In this document: piece after piece, positions 55,068-64,000 of the stretch
Layout of the letters: the number at the start of each line of letters is the position of its first letter
How positions within the stretch are numbered: the stretch's first letter is position 1
Source of the DNA: Eledone cirrhosa
Lineage: Eukaryota
Direction: 5' to 3'
NCBI GenBank assembly: GCA_964016885.1
Contig: OZ024740.1
Span: 98,270,001 to 98,334,000, forward strand
Length of the DNA: 64,000 nucleotides
Program-made: the position numbers and the translations under genes
Notes under the pieces: generated by a model
Databases searched by the model: none
Told to the model about the DNA's origin: nothing
What the model saw: only the letters and a program-made list of their open reading frames with translations

Positions 55068-55864
55068 TAATGAATAAATAACATTTTCTAAAAATATATA
55101 AGTGGAAACAAAACAGTGCAATCAAATTTTTGCAGAAACAATATCATACCTTCTTGAATAAAAAATATGATGTATGCTGCAAAATCCAGAGATTTTCAAT
55201 AATGACCAGAAGTCGACTCTAAATATTACTAATATCTCTAGGAAAGGATGAACACCACCATATCTTTTTAACTTTGATTTTGAAAGTAGGTTTATAATTA
55301 GCAATTTTCATTATACTTATGCAGCTGCTTCGGTGGCCTAGCTGGAAGAATCATAGACGGTGGTGATCCTGGTCTGAAGTTCAATCATGGTTGGGTGTAG
55401 GGTTCCCAGTAAATCTTTTCAGTTTTTTTCTATGGGTTATAAAATAAAAACTAAAGAAGGCTACATGTACCTCTTCATCAGGATTGAACCCAAGTCCAGG
55501 ATCTCCACCATATCTAGTACCTACCGTTAGGCCACAGAGACTACTACAAAAATAATATGAAAATTAATTCTTATAAACCTACTTTTCAAAATGTTCAAAA
55601 TAAAGTTTTGTGGTTTTGTTCATGTCTTTCTTAATGTTATTGCACCTACTTACGGTCGACTTCTGAATCGGTGTTCCGTAAACTACATCCTCATTTTGTT
55701 TCTCATCTATCTAGACTACTTTTAACCTGTAATCCATGTTTCATTTCTGTTGCAACCCCCCACCGCTTCTCTCTTTCGCTCTGTGATATTTGAATCTACT
55801 ATGATTTGGACTTACTTTATTCATATATATATGTTTTTCATGTCAGTATAAAACTTACAATAAT

Positions 55865-56523
<659 letters not shown>

Positions 56524-56540
56524 CACACATACATACATTA

Positions 56541-56576
<36 letters not shown>

Positions 56577-56598
56577 TATATATATATATATATATATA

Positions 56599-56684
<86 letters not shown>

Positions 56685-56692
56685 TATATATC

Positions 56693-57035
56693 CACATGGC
56701 TGAGTGGTTAGAGCATTCGCCTTGCAATCGAAAGTTTCTAAGTTCAATTCTCAGACTGGGTGATGTGTTGTTTCCTTGAGCAAGACACTTCATTTCACAT
56801 TGCTCCAGTTTACTCAGCTGTAGAAATGAGATGATAGGGACAGGAGTCCCTATCATTCCACTGTAAAGTGGTCGTGGAGGTGCCATGGCAAAAAAGCACC
56901 CACCACTCACTGTAAATGAGGTTGGTGTTAGGAAGAGCATCCAGCTGTAGAAATCAAGCCAGAATCAATTCCCGCCCCACCCTTGCAAGCAGGGAAAAAG
57001 CCGACGTAAAATGAAATGATGATGATGATGATGAT
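56693..57035 (+). mobile_element. tRNA-headed SINE family 2
   Basis: As 41244-41570. Confidence 0.87.
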
Positions 57036-57049
57036 ATTCATGTATATAT

Positions 57050-58605
57050 GAAGGCATCAGGGGACGTAGGCACTAAACTGGTTGCACGCAACTTCAATCA
57101 GGCTATATATGGCGGTGTCATATCCAAAGACTGGTGCAGCCAGTATTCTCATAAATTGCTACAAAGATAAAGGGGATGCTCTGGAGAGGAGCAATTATAG
57201 GGGTATAAAACTGATGGACATAGGTTATGAAAGTGGCAGAAAGGATATTAGCACAACTAATTAGAGAAAGGGTCAAAGTAGATGAGATGCAGTTTGGTTT
57301 TGTGCCTGGGAAAAGTACAATATATGCCCTCTTCTTAGAGAAGAATAAGCTACTATACATACTTAGCTTTTGTTGACCTAGAGAATGCCTTTGATAGGGT
57401 ACCCTGATCTGTCATCTGGTGGTTCCTAAGGAAACTAGGTGTTGAGGAATGGTTTGTGAGGACAGTGCAAACTTTGTACAGAGGTGCTGTCAGTAAAGTG
57501 AGGGTAGGAATGGAGTTTAGTGAGGAATTCCAGATACAAGTAGTAGTACATCAAGGTTCGATCCTCAGCCCGCTCTTGTTCATTATAGTCCTCCAAGCCA
57601 TAACAGAGGAGTATAAGTCCATGGGAACTTCTCTATGATGACGATTTGGTACTTATAGCAGAATCAGTAGAGGAGCTAGAGAATAAATTCTGGCTATGGA
57701 AACAGCAGTTGGAATCAAGAAGACTGAGAGTGAACCTAGCTAAGACAAAAGTGTTGACGAGTAGAAAAGAGGACAAAACTCTGATTCCATCAGGGAAATG
57801 GCTATGTTCGATATGCAGAAAAGGAACTGGCATAAATTCTATAAAATGCAAACTATGCAGATCTTGGGTACACAAGAAATGTAGTGGGATAGCAGGCAAA
57901 CTAACAGGTAGGGAGAAATTTGTATTCAGTAGATGTACAGGGAAATTAGACAGTAGAAGTCGCATTGATAGACACATTTTTCAAATGCAGATGGGTGCTA
58001 CAGAAGTGGTGGATAGCTTCTGGTACCTAGGAGATCAGATTAGCATGGGAGGGGGTATTCCGAGGCCATAGTATCTAGAATAAGGACGGGTTGGAAGAAG
58101 TTTAGGGAGCTGCTTCCTCTGCTGACAAAGAAGGGTTTCTCCCTGCGTATGAAAGGCCGGTTGTAAGATGCCTGTGTGAGGAGCACGATGCTGCATGGTA
58201 GTGAGACATGGGAAGCAACTGCAGAGAATATGCGACGGCTGGAGAGAAATGAGGCAAACTTGCTCCTTTGGATGTGCAATGTCAATGTCCGTGAACGACC
58301 GAGCATGGATGCGTTGAGACAGAAACTGTGTCTGAGAAAGGATAGATTGTAGTGTGCAGGATAGAAGACTGCGATGGTATGGACATGTGATGCACTTGGA
58401 GGATGACCGATGGGTGAAGAAGTGCCAGGAAATGCCAGTGGAAGGAAGACGTGGTAGAGGTAGACCAGGAAAAACATGGGCGCAGGTGGTAAGAGCGGAC
58501 CTCAGATCGCTGAAGCTCACAGTGGAGATGACGAAGGACCGTGAAAAGTGGAGAGATGCTGTGCTGAATAGGACCCATCCCACCCTTGCAAGCAGGGAAA
58601 ATTAA
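57050..58605 (+). mobile_element. RTE LINE RT region, same subfamily as 1-1480 (opposite strand)
   Basis: KEDKTLIPSGKWLCSICRKGTGINSIKC...; WYGHVMHL; GRGRPGKTW. Confidence 0.92.
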
Positions 58606-58891
58606 GTAAAATGAAATAAAATTAAGAGTGTTGCTGAATGACACAACGTGCTGCCCATTCTGGGAATCAGACTCATAATCATATCATGATAAGCCAAACA
58701 CCTTAATCACTAGATTCAATGCAGTATAAATGTCTTCTTTGTGTTTCTCCACAAGCTTTAGTTTTGATTTTCCACTCTCCACTGTTCGTCAAATCTATCC
58801 AATAATCCTCCAACTTGTTTGTCATCTTCCTATTTCTTTCAGAATGTAGTCCATTAGATTTTTTTAACCATTTGTTTTCACTTACTCTTAG

Positions 58892-59053
58892 GATATACAC
58901 TGGCCAATTTCATTTCAATGACTGTGTAAATCTGACCGTGTCATTTACATTTGAAATTAAATGCTATGTGGGTGGAAGATCGGATGAACTAGTTACAACA
59001 TTGTTAAAGCTACAGAAGGATTCAGTTGCCGCTGCCTTATCTGCTATGAGAAT
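58892..59053 (+). other. Possible host coding exon (unassigned)
   Basis: Polypyrimidine tract and AG acceptor (ttttcacttactcttag), open frame IYTGQFHFNDCVNLTVSFTFEIKCYVGGRSDELVTTLLKLQKDSVAAALSAMR, GTAGGA donor-like; no recognised homology. Confidence 0.3.
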
Positions 59054-59359
59054 GTAGGAATACTACTTCTGCAAAATGTAAACAAGATCATAGCAGACCT
59101 GATGGTATATAGCATTTATACACACTAAACTCTTTAATCTTTCTCCACCTCTCTCTCTTTCATCTCACTCTCTCTCTCTTCCCCTCTCTTTCTATCTGTC
59201 TATCTTTCGCTTTAGTCTATTCCATTCTCAAGAAGGCATCACCCCTGACCCTGCTACCTATTGTCCTATCACATTCAATCCCAATATCTGAAATGTATCG
59301 GAGATAGCTATTAACAATGGTATTCTCCAATCCCCTTGAATCTCATTCTCACTCTCTAT

Positions 59360-59391
<32 letters not shown>

Positions 59392-60719
59392 TATCTCTCT
59401 TTCTCTACCTCTCTCTTCATATATATATATAGAGAGAGAGACAGAGGGTTCTGTTTATTGCTGTTGTTGTTATCATTGTTTTTTTTTTGTTATCGTTGTT
59501 GTTGTTGGCCAGTGTAGGCAACGTTGGTAGGTGTTTGCTATTTTTGTCGTTGTTGTTGTCGCTGTTGTAGCTGTTGTTTTGAATGTGGCTTTCAACTAAA
59601 TATATACCTCACCATCCCACAGAGTTCCGTTTATTGCTTCCTCTATCTACTGGATTGTGGCTACGCATAGACCTATCAACACAACATACTTGAGGGGCTG
59701 CACTTTTGCTCATTTACAACCCCAATTTAGTGAATCATAATTTACAACCCCAATTTATGTGAATCATAATTTCGCTACTTGACACGTGGATAGCACTTTT
59801 CTACACTGAATATGATGGCTGGGACACCTTTTCAGGAACTCATATGTGTGCTAAACGCATGAACAAAAGGACGTGTGTTTTTTTCTGCTGGTGGCATATC
59901 ACAAAATCGAATTTCATATGAGGATACCATTCTCATAACAACAATAAATGCATGAATTACATCTTGATTGGTTGGGAGAACCTTTGAAATAATCATAATG
60001 AATAAACGATTTATGTAACATCAGAATCTTTATTAATGTTATTATATATATATAGAATGTTGAGAAGTGACACACGAGTTGATATATATTAGGAAAATAA
60101 GAAAAAAAGTAGACAATGCTAATAGGATTTTCTCATAGAATAACAGCAAAACCTTTTTTTTTTAAGTAATTTATCGTACCAGTTTCAGCCGATAATTGTT
60201 TCAGCTTTTTCATGCTACAGATGAAATGCCTGACTGTGCATTTTGAGTTCACTTCCTGCCTCCTGTCAGTGTAAATGACTTTACCAGGAATTTCAACCGA
60301 CAGATGGTATCAGCAATGGAAAGACGAATAGAAGCAGTTTTCTTGGCCCAATCTGATAATTAACTCAAAATTGACTTCATTTGGATTTGAACTCAGAGCC
60401 CATGAGTTGGAATAAAAACCTCAAAGTATTTTTCATGACGTTCTAATTACGATGCCATTATGTCCCAGTTTCTGAACCATGTATGTTAATTTGCCCTTTA
60501 ACAAAAACTGTAGCAACTTGCGTAGCAGAGATAGAAAACATGCCACTTCTGTGTATGAAACTTCACTGGCATATCCAGGGAACATTATTCTCATCGCATA
60601 TCACACATAAAACCAACAATTGAAAGATCAATGCAAAATGAGTGTCCTTGGTTTGATCTGGAAGATTAGCCTTTTTCCTAATATTTTTTAATATATTTAT
60701 AGCAGTAAATATAGAATCT

Positions 60720-60915
60720 AGTGGGAAGCGCGTGGTTTAGTGGTGTTTTGGACTTATGATCACAATGTCGCGGGTTTAATTCCTGGGCTGGATTGTATGT
60801 TTTGTTCTTGAGCAAAATACTTTATTTTACATTACTCTTGTACTCTTAGTCCCTTCACACCACTGAAACTGGGATAAACACTGGCCTGATGAGCCTTCGG
60901 GCTCAAGACAGGCTT
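60720..60915 (+). mobile_element. Old tRNA-headed SINE (family 2-like core); another at ~62712-62900
   Basis: TGGTTTAGTGG head, GGGTTTAATTCC, TTCTTGAGCAAAATACTT. Confidence 0.7.
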
Positions 60916-61675
60916 TCGATAGTAGTTAGTACAACAAAAGCAACAAGCTTTTTAAGGCCATCTTCTATGCTAAAGCAAGGGTTAGCATTGTGAGCCTAGT
61001 GACATGATTTATACCCATCATGTTGTCCTTTTTGAGACAAGTTTTTTATGGCCTTATGACCTTCCTTTTTATGGCCTGATGACCTTCCTGTTGCCAACAT
61101 TTTTAGTTGATTCTTATGGCATACAGGGTTACAATATACCTATAATAAACAGGATAGACAGTAAAATGTAATATCTACCAGAGATACTGAAATGCTATTT
61201 CAGTGTATGAAATGAATCTGTCATATCTAGAAAATATAACTCACATCAGACATCACTCACATATAGAATCAGTCAAACAGTAATGATGTTTCTAGTTTCA
61301 TTGATGGTAGTATATAGTGGTATATTTATTGTTCTCAGATGCAACACCTATTAACTGGCTGTACTTTTTATATCCAACTAAATTAGATGTTTTATGACAA
61401 TACTTCCCTTTCATTAGAATCTCTTTAATTTCATTTTATTGTTATTTGATCATACCTTCAATGTAAATACTACACTGGTAATGACACCTGTATATCTGTG
61501 TATGTGTATGTATGTATTAATGTATGCATATATATAATGTATGCATATATATATATATAAATAAATAGAGATACATACATACATATGTGAGTGTGTGTGC
61601 CAGTCAGCTGGCTAGTCCTTTGAAATATTTGTGTATATTAATTTATATCTATAAATATATATGTGAATATATGTT

Positions 61676-61765
<90 letters not shown>

Positions 61766-61795
61766 TATATATGTGTGCATATATGTTTGTATAAA

Positions 61796-61832
<37 letters not shown>

Positions 61833-61834
61833 TA

Positions 61835-61865
<31 letters not shown>

Positions 61866-61876
61866 ATATATATATA

Positions 61877-61937
<61 letters not shown>

Positions 61938-63299
61938 TATATATATAGGGAGAGAGATAAAGTTTCAGAGTTATATGTAGCTATATTGTTATATTTCTAA
62001 ACCCCATAACAAGGGAAGACGTAAACACAAAATATACGCTATTGTTAACATTGAAATATTTGGTCAACATAATAAATACAATATCAATTGTTCACCAATT
62101 AAATATCTCTTTCTCTTTTAAATTAACCATATAAGTTTTATGTTATCTATATTAGGTTTCGATAATTTCTGTTTTCAATGATATTCTTCATATATTGACG
62201 TATTATTTAAGATATATCTTTTATTTTTTTACTGTAATAATGAAGTTGTTGGTGATTTAATTGTTGTTGTTATATGTATATATATATCCTGAGATTAAAC
62301 TTGATAGGAAAAGAACCTATGATGCAAATCATTCCTTCATCTCTTTTTATGGATGTCTAGGGTTACATTAATAAATGTATGCTTTCCTTCCTTAAAGTAG
62401 AATGATATGATTTGAGGGAGAGTTTGCTGCTACTTCTTGTTGGTCAAACTGCTCCATAGAAGCTTGCTCACCAGCTTGTACACTTTAGTATTGGCAAGAG
62501 TGAATATGAACAAGTGTGACCATTGCTCTTCCTCTGCACTTATTGTTGGCCATAACAGGTTTTCCTCAACAGTTGAAATGCTGTTGTTTGATTTAGAACC
62601 TAGTAAGCTTTGATTGAATATACCTTTGATAATAAAGCATTTCATTATTTTAAATGTCAGTTTATTTAGAAACTCATTCCTAATGTGTCTTTAACTTTTA
62701 AGATGGAAGAGTGAAGGTGCATGGCCTAGTGAATAGGTTGTTGGGCTCCTAATCTTAAGGTTGGGGGATCGATTCCTAGACCAGGTGACACATTGTGTCC
62801 TTGAATATGACACTTCATTACATATTGCTACTGAACTAGAAAAAAACATGGGTACCAGCAGTCGCCGGGAGCTAAGCCTGCAAAAAACTAGTGTCCTGAC
62901 CAGATGAATAACTTGTGCTTTTATTTTCTTAACACCAATGGAATTGCTATATGCTCTAAGCCCTTTGGTTTAAGAAAGACATTAACTGAAAGTGTAAAAT
63001 TTGAGATGTTTATAGCTGTTATATATAGCAAATTTAATGATTATGTAGTAGCTCCCTCATTGATTCATGTAATAATATTGTTGTTATTGTTGTTGAGCCC
63101 CATGTCAGCTCTAATTGAACAAAATTATAATCAAAATCATTCCAGCTGTGATAATCATCTTCCTTTCCCAGTTACACCACAGAGTCAAACCAGAAACATA
63201 TTAAACAATCTGTCTCATTTTTCTTCTACTATATCAATGTTATTTCTTCTTCTTCAGAACTTAAATTGAATTCTAAATAGAGCTACTCTCATTTTCTCA

Positions 63300-63715
63300 T
63301 TCAATCTATTAAGCAATACATATAGAAATCCCTTGATGAAACTCACATTAATTCCTCTTCACATTCTTGAATATAAGGATGATACTGGTATCTACCCATT
63401 CCTGTGGGACTTCACCAGCCTCTCATGATTCTAACTTCGTCTGATGGAGAGAGCATATGAGTTTGTCTCTTCCATTTTCCTGTCTTCTACTGGTATCACA
63501 TCCATAGCTGTTGCTTATCTATCCGAGGGAGACCTAATTCAACAGTACACCTATATACTTAGTTAATCATACATTGATATATCAGTTACACGAGACTTCA
63601 CATTTTCCAAAGTTTCTTGATTGCCCTGTCCAGACACATTGAACAATTGATGGAAGTCTTCTTCAAAACAGTCAAATATTTGTTATTTTTCTTGCACAAT
63701 GATGATCTATCGGCT
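63300..63715 (-). mobile_element. Very old LINE RT relic
   Basis: EAGEVPQEWVDTSIILIFKN on the minus strand. Confidence 0.55.
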
Positions 63716-64000
63716 TATATTAGTTAAGTAGGGCCCCTATTCTAAGGTCTATATATATATATCCTTCAGTCCAACAAAGAATCTTTGCATGTCATTATAA
63801 TCAGCAGATCACTTTGCAGAATTTGTTCCAGTTCTTTAATTTTAAATCTGGCCAACTTTAACGTTCATCTCAGTAAACTGCTCGGTTAAATATAATTGAC
63901 TTTCCCTTCTCCCAAATTGCTGGCCTTGTGCCAATGTTATAAATAATAATAATCATAATATTATTAATGATAATAATTGTTTCTACTTTTGGCACAAGGC

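Noticed and set aside
60886-60915. CTGATGA GCC TTCG GGC resembling an HHR
   Set aside because: No GAAA after the stem; lies within an old SINE body

Overview
Eukaryotic, AT-rich, repeat-dominated DNA with abundant (TA)n/(CA)n/(GAT)n microsatellites. The repeat content suggests a metazoan, probably a cephalopod (inference). No host gene is confidently identifiable. The window holds decayed RTE-clade LINEs (with a C4HC3 PHD-like finger inside the RT), one CR1-like LINE, four Penelope-like element (PLE; RT and/or GIY-YIG) remnants, two tRNA-headed SINE families and small DNA-transposon relics. The main observation is a dense set of short non-coding fold-back (inverted-repeat) cassettes inserted in (TA)n tracts, most carrying type I hammerhead ribozyme (HHR) motifs: more than 20 motif copies from about 15 unrelated sequence families, found by eye. 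Three unrelated families carry the compensatory U3-A8 core instead of C3-G8. One family forms a circularly permuted ~520-bp tandem unit resembling a non-LTR retrozyme. All folds and coordinates were read manually and may be off by a few bases.
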